Assembly (NCBI RefSeq): GCF_000143415.4
Contig: NW_003314312.1
Location: forward strand, 439,261 to 503,260
DNA: 64,000 bases
Direction: 5' to 3'
Origin: Selaginella moellendorffii
Lineage: Eukaryota > Plantae > Lycopodiophyta
Shown: positions 12,439 to 25,186 of the stretch, piece by piece
How positions within the stretch are numbered: position 1 is the stretch's first letter
Layout of the letters: each line of letters starts with the position of its first letter
The notes under the pieces: generated by a model
What the model saw: the letters and a program-made list of their open reading frames with translations, nothing else
Told to the model about the DNA's origin: nothing
The model's database searches: none
Position numbers and translations under genes: made by a program

Positions 12439-13240
12439 CAATTCAGTAGCTTGATAAACATGCAAATACAGAACTTGATGCAAAATCCTTTGATATGTCA
12501 CAATGCCCCTAGGACCATAAACACATTTCAATAGAGAGGGTCCTTTCATTTCATAACTCCTTACGTAGATCTTGGTGAAACCAGAGTTAGTGAAGTTGGT
12601 TTCTTGTGATCCCGCATCTGATTGTGATGTCCCTTTGCAGTGTCAATGGAAAGGTCAATGCACACCAAACTGTAGAATCTTGGAGCAAAATAACGGTCGG
12701 ATCTATGGCAAATGCCCCTGAAACATTGTAAGGCTCATGTGGTCTCATGTGGTGTCCGATCGAGATGCTTCTTTGCAGGGTCATCAAGAAGGACATTGTA
12801 TACCATTCTGTAAAATCTAGTTGCGATCTAACAGTTGGATCTCCAGGAAACTCAAAACAATCTCGCACGTGTCAGAATATTCTAGAAATATACTCCTATG
12901 TGCTCCTGAAAATGGCATGCGGCCCCACGCCATTCAAGAGATAACGCCAGATGACGCCGAGCATTTTTTGGTGCATTTTTTGGGATCAAAATTGCATGAG
13001 CCCACACGCTTGAACGTCACATCAAATCCTCTGACAATTTATTTAGCTGAACATCTGGCATTTTTGGAAATACAAGATGCTTTGGAATATCCAATCATGC
13101 ATGGTATAAATATAGCGAGGGTATTAAATGATATCCCAATCATGATCTTTCTTTTGGATTTCGCGTGCATGTAGTCCGAGGAATGATGACGTTGCGGATT
13201 TCTTTTGGATTTCACGCATTTACCCGAGGTCAATTTAGCC

Positions 13241-16200
13241 GTGCCTGAGGAACTGAAGACGGCTATGGAGCTTTAGAATCCAAAGAAAGCTCCAGGTGCA
13301 GCATGGGAAATGCTCAGCTGGGTCTTCAACGCAATAGCGGGTGGATCACCTGCTTCCGACTCCAAGGGCAAATGCGTTGTCGAGTACAACTGCGGCGGAC
13401 TATTCTTTCGAGCCGCACTACTCAAGGGTGTCCCGTGTGTTGCGGTGACAAACTCCATTGAAGAGGTGACTTCAATGGAGCATATAATTACAGTTGCCAA
13501 AGAAAAACAGTATCTTCTCTACGAACCTGGTGAGTACACACTTTAAGTTTAAATGTTATCTCACAAGCTCTGTATGCAGGAGCGTGGCCACCCCCAGATG
13601 CTGAAACGGCGTTAATAGCTATTGTTGAAGATACCCATGTTGGGCCGAGCTCACAACCTGAACAAGGTAAGGTCACGTGAGGCCTCACGCCATTTTGATT
13701 ATAGATCGTTGTGAATATTCAGACACGAGGACTGAAAAGCGCACTGGTGGCGCATCGAAGAAGGACAAACAGACAAGCAATAGGAAAAAAGGAGGTACAA
13801 ATTATATTTGCAATGGCGTGTGGTCTCATGCCATTCCTTGCAGGAGACACTTCTTCAAAGGCAAAACAGGCAAGCACCAGCCAAGCTCAAACTGACAGTG
13901 GTCATAAAAAGCGAAAGCACGTTGGACAGTCGTCGAGATCAGAGGCGTTTGATTCGAAAAGGAAGAAGGGCAACGAAAAGATGATAGGTAATGCCTCGCA
14001 GTTATGGCGTGTGTGCTCATGCCATTCATTGCAGATCAAGGGCTGAGTGAAAGCAGCCAGTCACCACCTCCTGACTCAGATTCCTATGGCGGACTCCCCT
14101 TCCCCAATCTCAATGGAGACGTACAATGGATGAGGGAAGCTTTTCAAGTCAAGGCCACGTTTTTCTCATCTCGTCGTCTTCGAAGGGTGCAAGAACGTGC
14201 AGAAACCATGTTAAGACAGTCGGGTGAGGATACGGTCCTAGGTCACGCACTAAAACAGGCTATGGATGTCTTGTATTTTGAGATGGAGACTCGGCCAGAT
14301 GATTTTCCCAAGATGGTCCTAGAAGAACAAGCCATCCAGCCTGAGCAGCCTATGGAAGAAATGCAGGAGGGGGATGAGGAGCCAGAGAAAGATAATGAGC
14401 AGGAAGAGCAGAAGGACGAAGAGGAGGACAAAGAAGAGGAGGACGAAGAAGAGGAGGATGAAGAGGACTTGGATAGTCCTCACAATGGTGACGATCACAA
14501 TAACAACGACGACGATGATGACGACGATGGCCAGCCTGAGGTGGCCAAAGAGCAGCAGAGGAAGGTCATACAAGACAAACCATCAGGTAAATAATAGTAC
14601 ATCCATTCCTAACCTTTTACCATTTCTAACATTGTCCATGTAGGTCGCAGAGCAAATGGTAAGTAGAGATTATTCAGTTGAATTTACAAACTCTAGCCTT
14701 TAGTGTCGAGGAAGGATAGTGCCAAGCAAGGGTCGAAACGTATGTCCAATCCTTCAGAATCAGCAGTGCGCCCAAGTGATATCGGTCCTAGTTCCTCAAT
14801 AGCAGTTGATGGTAAATACAATATAGTCGATTCAATGTGCTAATGAGTTTGTTTTTAGTAGCACGGGAGGATACCATCTCAATCGAAGGGAGATATTTGG
14901 ACATGCATATGGATCCGCCAGTGGACTCTACTTGCCTACAAGAGTCATTAAAGCTGGTGGAGGCTACTATCCATATCAACGCCAAGCAAGTTGACCACGC
15001 TCCACTTGATGCTGCCCATACCATTGAGTCAATCTTGTCCACGTATCCAACTAATGATGACCAGGCGCCATTGGACCCGCATGAGGCCGCCCCAGCCGCC
15101 GAGCCGGTCGTATCCTCATTTCCAACGGACTCAACGTGTGCCCAATCGTCTGACTACGCGCCGTTGGAACCTCCCTACACCGCCCCTGCTACCTGTTTGG
15201 TCATGTCCACTTTGCCAACGGAGGCACTAGCTGAAATGGCATGTGATCACACGCCATCGGAACCACCCCATGCCACTGTTGAACCAGTTGTACCAGAGTC
15301 TACAGCTGAAATGGCATGTGCCCACACGCCATCGGATGCGATTGACCCCACATTGCAGAGGAGAGTATTTCCGCCCTTCACGTTTCCTCGACCAAAACCC
15401 TCTCAACGACCATCGGGAGCACCATTCGCTAATATTGTAGATGGTAAAATTGACTTGTACCATTTTTTATGCTGACGCATTTCATTTTAGAGTCACGGCG
15501 AAGGTACTGTATCATTTTTGATCTGAACGGTGTCCTTTTCTCCCATGAGCGTGGCTCGTCCTCGAATGTCATTGCACCCTCCAAAGCCTGCGGTCGCAAG
15601 TTGGTCAAAAGAGACAGATTCACATTAATCACACGGGAGAAACTGCAGGATCTAATAATGACCATGCGACACTTAAAACAGAGGGTCGGGTTCAATTTGC
15701 AATTGGGAGTTTGGACATCCATGATGCGCCACAATGCATTAACGTTGCTACAGATGATGCACGATCAGACGCGAGTAATATTACCATTTGACTTTCTCCT
15801 AACGCAGGAGGATTGCTTGACTATGGTCCATGTGAGGGGTAGCAAGCCCATCTTCGTCAAGCCAGAGGCTGTAGTGATGAACCGGACTGCTAGGTCAAGT
15901 GAAATCTTCATCATCGATGACTCGCCGATTAAAACTGCAGCGAACACGCACACATATGCAGTGCACCCCATCTCTTGCAGTATGGAAACTAGGGAGAAGA
16001 AACCGTATGTTCTGGGGGACCTTGCAAAACAGCTTGGAGCGATGGTGATAGAGAACCGACCAGTCCAGGAGGTGGCTGCAGAAATCAACCAAATGGCAGA
16101 TGGAACGGTATATCAGAAGCCATTTGATCGGACAGACACCAGTCATCATTTATGGCATGTATATTGTCTAGCCAAGCACTATCCGCATCTCCATAATCTG

Positions 16201-16353
16201 CTCAACCGGATGGGTTCTTCGACCACTGAACATGAGCGTGGACGTATTAGAGAAGAGATGGCATTACTATTGGGTTTAAATCCTGATAGTGTGGAGAGTG
16301 ATGAAATTCCAAGATTATTGTATAGGCGTTGGAGGCAAAAAATAACAGTTTGA
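13241..16353 (+). pseudogene. Transposon cargo gene, 5'-truncated and multi-exon: possible methyltransferase-like remnant, basic and acidic low-complexity linker, C-terminal FCP1/NIF-like HAD phosphatase domain
   Basis: Phase-1 GT-AG introns at 13530-13579, 13667-13722, 13795-13843, 13988-14034, 14587-14643, 14659-14703, 14812-14858 and 15444-15490 join into one frame. Last exon has IIFDLNGVL, LGVWTS, KPIFVK, IIDDSPIK. One TAG at 13274. Confidence 0.75.
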
Positions 16354-16771
16354 GATGGCATGTATTTATTTAAAAATGTAACTTATTATGGCATGGGGTT
16401 CCATGCCATTGTATTAATATTAAAAGACAATTCTTTGAGAGGATTTGCATTATACTAGAAGTGTTACAGCATGTTATTGGAAGTCTACGAAGTTGTTTTA
16501 TTAATAAGGGGAAAGTAAAGATTGAATGGGGACTTGGGCTCCACCTAGACTTGGAGCAACTGAGCCAATATTAAAAGGATGGAAAGAAATTGGACGACGA
16601 TGACAAGGAGAAGAGAGAGGTGAAGCAGTGGCAGGGGGAGGAGAACTGATTGAGTAGACATTTCCTTGTTTAAAATAAAATGGCATGTGCCTCAATGCAG
16701 TTGAATTTTGTTATATTTATATACTATATAAAGGTTTGGAAACCTTATTTTACAAGTGGGATAATGACAAT

Positions 16772-16795
16772 TCCCACTTTAACGAAATAGAGCTT
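16772..16795 (-). repeat. Right TIR of copy 1
   Basis: TCCCACTTTAACGAAATAGAGCTT followed by the TSD AAGT. Confidence 0.95.
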
Positions 16796-18112
16796 AAGTC
16801 GGGGGAACGAATACCCTAGTTGAAGGAGCCAACTTCAAAGGGGTGGCCCATGGGCCAAGCATGGAGGAGTCCATGCATGATCACAGACTTGTCAAATGAG
16901 AGGACTTGGCAGTGCGAAGGAACTAGGTTCCTAAGCTGTGATTTGTAGCGTGCTTTAAGTATAAATTGGTGCACCGGTATGGGGAGACACGCCAGGCATC
17001 CTATGTGATGCTGTCTGTAGATGCATATACGGAGGTTGGGTTCGAGTCCCGACCCTCTAGTGCTTGGGTTCGAATCCCAACTCACTAGGGCGTGGTGATG
17101 GTTTAGAATATGAGGACACTCATATTTCGGTGGTCATGGACTCTCAGTGGGGAGACTGGCTTGGGCACACCGCCAAACGAGGGATGCTCCGGAGTCGTGA
17201 TGCACGGTTAAATTGCTTAGTGTGGCTCAGCATATCTAACTTGAACACTTTGGTGCGAAGGGCACCAAGGATGTGGTGAATGAGATGGGGACATCTAGTC
17301 TCAGTTACTATGGACCTTGGCCGGAAGGGCTGGCTTGGGTGCACTGCCAAGTGTGGGGGATGCCCCTGAGGTCATGGTGAACAACTTAAAGGTCTAGAAG
17401 ACCTAGTATCTATTGACAAACTTGTTAAGGTGCCAAGGTTAGATCACTGGGTGATCTTATGGCTAAACAAGGACAAGGTCCTTGTGAGGTTAAGGGATAA
17501 AGTTCCAAGTTCAAAGTGTTGATTGGAACTATTGATGATGGTGTGGCTTGGTCAATGTGACCAAGTGGGAAAAGCACCTAAGGGAAATGAGCTATGTCAA
17601 TGCGATGGCATAGTAAGTTCGAGGAAAGTAGTCTCTATAAAAGATCCATGGGAGGGTCTCAAAGTTGGGCCGTGGATAAAACCCACAGCAGAAAATGCTA
17701 AAGAGACGTACTAGGGGTGAACACCCTTTAGACTTGCAAAGCAAAGTCTTTACTATAGAACTGAAAGGATACCTCGAGAATGGAGGTGGCGATCCTGTGT
17801 TGCATAGTGCAACAATCAAAGATGGGAGCAAAAGACTAATGGCTAAGAAAAGGGCCATGGGAATCATGGGAATCATGGGAAAGAATCCAAATGCCATAGT
17901 TAGGCCAAAAACACCAATGTGTTGGGTGCTAATGGATTATGGGAAGGCAATGTATTTCCAAGGATAGGTTCCCAATTGCTTCGATTTGGTGAAGGTGGAA
18001 GCTCCAAGGGAAGGAGCGGTAAAGTAGCCAAATGATAGGGCCATGGATAGCCCTAGCACAAATTATGATAGCAGGAACTTAGTGCCAAAGGTGGCATGAA
18101 ATAGAAAAGAGG

Positions 18113-20862
18113 ATTGTATTTACCATCAACTGCTATTGAGGAACTAGGACCGATATCACTTGGGCGCACTACTGATTCTGAAGGATTGGACATACGTTTC
18201 GACCCTTGCTTGGCACTATCCTTCCTCGACACTAAAGGCTAGAGTTTGTATCTTAATTCAACTGAATAATCTCTACTTACCATTTCCTCTGCGACCTATA
18301 TGGACAATGTTAGAAATGGTAAAAGGTTAGGAATGGATGTACTATTATTTACCTGATGGTTTGTCTTGTATGACCTTCCTCCACTGCTCTTTGGCCACCT
18401 CAAGCTGGCCATCGTCGTCATCGTCGTCGTCGTCGTTATTGTGATCGTCACCATTGTGAGGACTATCCAAGTCCTCTTCGTCCTCCTCTTCTTCGTCCTC
18501 CTCTTCTTTGTCCTCCTCTTCGTCCTTCTGCTCTTCCTGCTCATTATCTTTCTCTGGCTCCTCATCCCCCTCCTACATTTCTTCCATAGGCTGCTCAGGC
18601 TGGATGGCTTGTTCTTCCAGGACCATCTTGAGAAAATCATCTGGCCGAGTCTCCATCTCAAAATACAAGACATCCATAGCCTATTTTAGTGCGTGACCTA
18701 GGACCGTATCCTCACCCGACTGTCTTAACATGGTTTCTGCACGTTCTTGCACCCTTCGAAGACGACGAGATGAGAAAAACGTGGCCCTGACTTGAAAAGC
18801 ATCCCTCATCCATTGTACCTCTCCATTGAGATTGGGGAAGGGGAGTCCGCCATAGGAATCTGAGTTAGGAGGTGGTGACTGGCTGCTTTCACTCAGCCCT
18901 TGATCTGCAATGAATGGCATGAGCACACATGCCATAACCGCAAGGCATTATCTATCATCTTTTCGTTGCCCTTCTTCCTTTTCGAATCAAACGCCTCTGA
19001 TCCCGACGACTGTCCAACGTGCTTTCGCTTTTTATGACCACTGTCAGTTTGAGCTTGGCTGGTGCTTGCTTGTTTTGCCTTTGAAGAAGTGTCTCCTGCA
19101 AGGAATGGCATGAGACCACACGCCATTGCAAATATAATTTGTACCTCCTTTTTTCCTATTGCTTGTCTGTTTGTCCTTCTTCGACGCGCCACCAGTGCGC
19201 TTTTCAGTCCTCGTGTCTGAATATTCACAACGATCTATAATCAAAATGGCGTGAGGCCTCACGTGACCTTACCTTGTGCAGGTTGTGAGCTCGGCCCAAG
19301 CTCTCAGAGTCGTGCACAAGTCCTCGTATGTCACAATATGGCCGGGAGTCATTTTGGTTTTGTTGAAGACTACCTCACCACGTAGAAGAGCATTAGCCAC
19401 TGTCAGAAGGTCGTCGTCGTCTAGAGACCGCGAGAAACGCAAGGCGTTGAGCTTCAAATCATTGAGCTTCCGGCCGTCCTCCACACCCATTGAGTTTAGC
19501 AACTCCCCGTCATAGTACCTCTTCAGCACATCTACCCATTTGTCAAAAACAACTTTTGTCGCGAGTAGAATGTTATGGATGCTGAGTGTGTCATTGACCC
19601 CCAGTGTTTTCGAGAGAAGACTCGAGAATTCCTGCAATGGAAATGGCGTGAGGCCACATGCTATGCCACATGCAACGAGGCTTACCTGCCAGGCGCTAGT
19701 TGCTAGTGCACGTCCTTGTCCTGGTTTTTGTGGCTTCTTCAGTTGAACCCAGAGCTTCCGTGTTCGTGCCAATGTCTCGTGCAGACCCGATTTGTAGCAC
19801 GTTTCTTGCTTGACATTCTGCGCGTGGGAGATGGATATGATAGATCGGAGGGGCGAGTTGCCTTTTATCAGGCGGACAACTCTTGTCTTGAAGACTTTCT
19901 TCACCTCCTCGCCCACCATAATATCCACAACTATCTCTTGCATCGCCAAGCTAGAATGCTGCCCGGAGACGGCATAGAACCGGATGTTCTGATCGTCCAA
20001 CACCTTCCTATTGATCAAGTCTGGAAACCTCGTCTCGCCCTTCATTGTTCGGTAGTAGGGGATCACGTCTGCGATGTCGGGTGTTACTGGACTTACCAGC
20101 ATCTTCTGCTTCAGTTTCTCCACCCACTCATTAGATACTAGCCTGTGGTTGTATTTGCTTTGGATGTCGATATGGCTCACGTCGATTGTATATACTTTGT
20201 TGGAATAGTAACAAGTACTATTATCTGCGACGATTTTTGCTGCCTCTTCTTGCTCTTTCTGCTCTTTGCGGCTCTTCTTTTTGGTGGGTGTAGTGTTCGA
20301 ACCCGAGGCAATGGCATCACCGAGTAGCTTCTTTTTTGGAGGAGAGTCGGACGTCGGCTTGAGCTTGACCACCCTTTTCTGCTTCGGGGTAGTTTCCAGA
20401 TCGACCCCCTTCCCCTTCGCTTCGCAAACTGGAGGCACTCTCAACGGCTCAATGTTGGAATATAGTTTTTGAATATTGCCGTAGGTGAGGTCCGTGGATT
20501 CCATGTGATCTTCATAGACCCGCAGCGTCTTTGAAATTGTGGGCCTCCTGGACAACCTCTCCCTAGCTCCCTCTAGGAATTCCTCATAGCCGCTGCCCCC
20601 CTTTGGGAAGCCGCTAGGATGTGCAAGGTGGATCTTCAAGGCAGACGTTGTCTCTACCACAAGTGCCAGTCCATATTCTTGCATGGAACTGCATGGAGTG
20701 TCTGTCACTTGGATGAGGATCCCCATGCATTCTTTTCTCCCACCATCTGTGTTGTACAGCCTCAGATCCTCGCCTTCCATCCCGAAAGTCCAACTGGTGA
20801 GCTCCTCCCCCTTCTCTGCATCCACATTGACAGTGGCTGGAAGAAGAATGCAATTCCTCGCC
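18113..20862 (-). pseudogene. Cargo gene of copy 2: N-terminal region with a ParB/Srx-like domain, joined out of frame by deletion (~19298) to the linker exons
   Basis: ORF 19269-20882: YTIDVSHIDIQSKYNHRLVSNEWVEKLKQKM ... RFYAVSGQHSSLAMQEI ... RVVRLI ... ISISHAQN; in-frame 54-nt intron 19632-19685. Confidence 0.65.
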
Positions 20863-21452
20863 TGTTCAGAAATGCACAACAATTAGAGCTGACAGATGAA
20901 AAGCTAGTAGCTGGAAATAACGTGAGGCCACACGCCATTCACCACTGCATCAGATGTCTTGAGGCTGCATCCTAAGATGGCGTGAGGCTACACGCCATCT
21001 GTAACCGGACTGCACTCGAGAGCCCAATCGGTGCATGCCAATGTTGCTACTGAATGGCATGTGGCCTCATGCCATTTTCTACTTGGCCTAAAAGACTTAC
21101 CATTTGAAGCCGAATGGAGGCGTGACAACCGGACTCGCTGGCGAATGTGCACTGTGTGTGCAGCGGATCGTAGCAGCAAGGCTACTCTGCCACTTACAGT
21201 TGGAGAGTGGCGCTGAAATCTCCCGGGGCACCAAGTGGGCTGCGTGTGGGTGGCGGAGTGGGCGGTGGAGTTGGCGGCGAAGTTACAAACTGGGTGTGTC
21301 TTGAAGTGGACGCCGATGCACACGAGCGCGATGCGAGCGCGAGTGTGATGCAAGCACGAGTGGACGCTGATGCACACGAGAAACCTGTAGAGAAGGTAGA
21401 TGAGCACGAATGTGAGCATGATCGCGAGTGGGAGCGCAATGCGAGCGCGAGT

Positions 21453-23690
21453 GTGGGGGGCATGGTCTTCCAGAGAGGTTTGGTCTGCATGAAGGCATGG
21501 AGAATCATTTATGGAGTCCCTCGAACCACATTCTACAGAATCAAAACTAAGTTCGAGGAACAAAGGGTTCAACAGGCAGTCCATGGGAACGACGGTACGC
21601 ACAAAACCAGGGGTCACGTTGTATATGGAGAGGCAATCTTCAAGAGGTTTGTCGAGACATCTAGCGAGTAGCAACCACATAAAACCCGCCTCTTGGAAGA
21701 TGGAACACGAAACACCCAACGAGTTCTCCCTTCCATGTATACCAAGGGGGCCATATTAGAAGATGTGAATCGGAAACTCCAGAGTAATAGCTACAGGAAG
21801 CTGAGCCAATCTAGATTTAGTAGATTGTGGAGCAACAGGTTCAGGGATGTGAGTATAAGAAAGTACTCCAGCTTTTCAAAGTGTGACGAGTGCACTGCTA
21901 TCAAAATAGCTTTGTCGAAGAATTCTTGCATCGCTCAAGAGCGAGAGACGTTGGTTAGAAGGCGGCTCGACCACAACATCGAGCAGAGAAGCTGCAAGAC
22001 TGCATATTATCATAACAGGATTCTCTCCATGGAGAGACCTGACTCTTACCTCTGCATCATCCACGACAAAATGGACCAGAAAAAGACGTGCTTACCTCAA
22101 CTCAATCCTGCCCCCAAGGCAATCTCTTCATCCATGCAGCTGCCTGTGTCTCTGTTTGGCATAATCGCTCATGGGCATGGTGCCCAGAACTATGGGAACT
22201 TCTTTGTACCTCTATGGGGTGGCGGGGGTGCAAACTTGATGATTGCGTCCCTAGCAAAACACTTAAGGTCTCTGCAAAGTGCGCAGACTGAGCTGAACGG
22301 CCAACCCTTGCATAAGGCCCTTGTCGATCGAACCCCATACAGGGTTCAGCTGGAGGAGGAGCAAAGGCTTGCAGTATCGCGTGGGGCCCCATACCATCCC
22401 AGTGAATATGTTGGCCGTCAGATTGTAGGGTTATCACGTGAGGCCTCATGCCATTCCGACGAGGCTGGTCGCCCGGTGAATGCACAGCCTCATCCAAACG
22501 AAGCAGAATCTCAAGGAAGTTCTTGCGGCCGATGTGGCCTTCCACCCCATCTTCTGCTCCAAACAGACAATGCTGGCAGTGAGAACAAAAACATGTACGT
22601 GTTCGCGTACTTGGCGATGCTTGTTGCCAAAGGCATATTTGAAACGGTTACACTTGGCTTTCTCATGGTTGGGCACACTCATGAAGACGTCGATGCCATG
22701 TTCAGTCACCTAGCAGAGTCCCTCCGGCGATCCAATGTCCTCACCCTCCCACAACTCTACGATGAATTCCAAAATTGCATCAAAGGCACTATTGAAGCTG
22801 CACTTGTGACAGAGGTTCCAGACTTTAAAGGGTTTGTAAGAGGCTACATCAGGGATGGATCCGAAATGCTGATTGGCCACTCCAAGCCTCTTCAGTTTCA
22901 TTTCAGCATGCGTCATGGTGCTCCAGTGATGAGGTACAAGATGAGAGAATGGGACACAGTGTGGCTGCCAGTGGACGGCATTGAACTCTTCAAAAGAGAT
23001 CCCATAACTGGGGAACCTATGATTCCTCAGGGTTCCCTACGGCCGATGCACCCGGATGGACTCAAAGACCAGGAAAGTATAGTGGCTGGGATTAGATAGC
23101 ATATTGCCTTCTGGAAGAGGGGGTTGGTGTTTGGTGGAGAATCCTATTTTCAGAGGTGCAAGCCTTTGCTCGAATACTGGGAGAAGATTATATCTGCTAT
23201 CCAAAATGGGCCGGTTGTATATGAAGAATTGGAAGAGTCCTTTTGGCCAGAACCTAGAGCACCAGATAGTAGCGGAACAATGTCCTCTAGAAATGCAGTG
23301 ACAGATAACGATGTTGAGGATCACTATTGTGGGCCGAGGAACAAGAAGCCAGATTCAGCATTCAATCCAGTATAGGTCTGCAAAGGAATGGTCGTGCTTG
23401 TCAGACCCAGTAATAAAAAACAAATAATATGGGTGGGGCGCTGCATCACTGATGCAGAGGAGGACGCGGAAACTAACTCCTTCAATGTAACTGTGGAGTG
23501 GTTCAAGCCAAGTTCCGGATATACGAAGGATTGCCTAGAAAAGAGATGGGTGCTGAATCCAAGGGATCCCAGCATGAGCATATCGGTGGATAATGTTGTG
23601 CATGGTTGGATGCGGAAGTAGAGTGCCACCATCACGTTGCCAGACCATGCAAGAGATGCAGCAAGAGCATTCATAACCCGGGTTCAAGGT
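21453..23690 (+). pseudogene. Sola-like transposase of copy 2, N-terminally deleted, four TAG stops
   Basis: Same motifs as copy 1; stops at 21669, 23097, 23373 and 23619. Confidence 0.85.
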
Positions 23691-25186
23691 GAGATTCATT
23701 AATATTCCTTTACTAAGTTTCTAATGTATTTTATTTCAAGGTGAACAATCCGAATCTGAATCAGAGGAGGCGTGATGGCATGTGGCTTTACGCCATTCCT
23801 AGGTGAGATGATACAAATAACAAGTATAAAAATCTTAGTTGTTCTAGCAAATCTTACTTAAAGTTCAAGGTGAACAAGCCGAATATGAATTCATCGGATT
23901 GTTATAACAAATTGCGAGGTGATGGCATGAGGCGATACGCCATTTGAGAGTGGTAGCCATTCCTATATGAGGTGAGTGAAATATTTATTAGAAATACCTC
24001 ATTCAATTGTGCACTTCTAAGTCTTGGTCCACTCAGTACTGTTTGCATGTTTTTATTTTAATTCTTTCTCTAAAATGTTATTTAGCATGTGGCTTCATGC
24101 CATTGCTCTCCACAATCATGCAATGAATTTTTCTATCCTTGCATAATACTTCTCCATATATATAGCATGTGCGCACATGTGATATGGTTCATTAGGCCTG
24201 ATATAGTGTGTGAAATAAAACAAAGATGATGTGACATATGCATTTACCAATCACACGTGCATAAATCTAATAATATGGCGTGTGGCCCATATTAATGGCA
24301 CATAAACCCATATTGTGGGCTTACGTGCTTTATGTACCATCATTCCCTTGCAACGTGTGTGTTGGTTTCCTTTTATAACACAACGAACTCCATATTTTAG
24401 GGTGAAGAGCGTTCTCATGGCAAGCACAAAATCTGTAAGTGAGGCAGAAAAGGAGACGGAGAAGGAGATAGGTGAAGATGTAGAATATATAAGTCTTCCA
24501 AACTCCCCGTACTATACTCCAGGTGATCATTTTTCTGAACAAACGGCAACATTAACAACTATCGAGAACGCCCCAGTAACGTCAGAGACAACAATCCAAA
24601 GCAAAACAACTGACCCGGAGAAAGATGATAGTACCGCTGAGAGTACCAAAAAGGAGGTGTCCACTAGCGCTTAGGCTTATAATGGTGTGTGCCCTCATGC
24701 CATTTACTTGATCACCAAATACCTTTTTCCCTTTGCACTAGTATATCTTAATACCGGTTTGAGAAATAGAATGGCATGTGCCCTCAGGCCTTTTACTAAA
24801 TCACCTTTGAAAGAAATGCAAGCCTCTATGTCGTAAAAAAAAGGTACTAGAGAAATTCCTTAATAATATGAATGTTATTTAGTTTCATGAAAATACACTA
24901 AGGGTCAAATGAGTTAAATGACTTCTCCAGACTAGCAATGCCTCTTGCTACACCTTCACAATTAGATTCGTTAGAAAAAGATAACATTGAATAATATCTA
25001 AATGTTCTCACCATTAAGTTATATGTCTGGCTAATAGGAATGACGTTCATCTTGGAAAGCTCACCACACGCTCAATGAACAAACAAATAGTGTGTGCGCG
25101 CATGCCATCGCTCTTCTTTAGCTTCAGATTCGGCTTGTTCACCTTGACAATGAGATTTATTATACAACCAGATGCACTCAGTCTGG

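Larger units (their letters stand above)
7235..16795 (-). mobile_element. Sola-like DNA transposon, copy 1 (9561 bp, both ends intact, internally deleted)
   Basis: Perfect 24-bp TIRs, 4-bp TSD AAGT (7231-7234 / 16796-16799), internal transposase. Superfamily inferred from TSD length and motifs. Confidence 0.9.

Noticed and set aside
20988-21719. 243-aa and 154-aa ORFs
   Set aside because: They span a deletion junction joining GC-rich repeats to transposase sequence.
24315-24674. 119-aa ORF as a third element gene
   Set aside because: No recognisable motif; it may be an exon but is unsupported.
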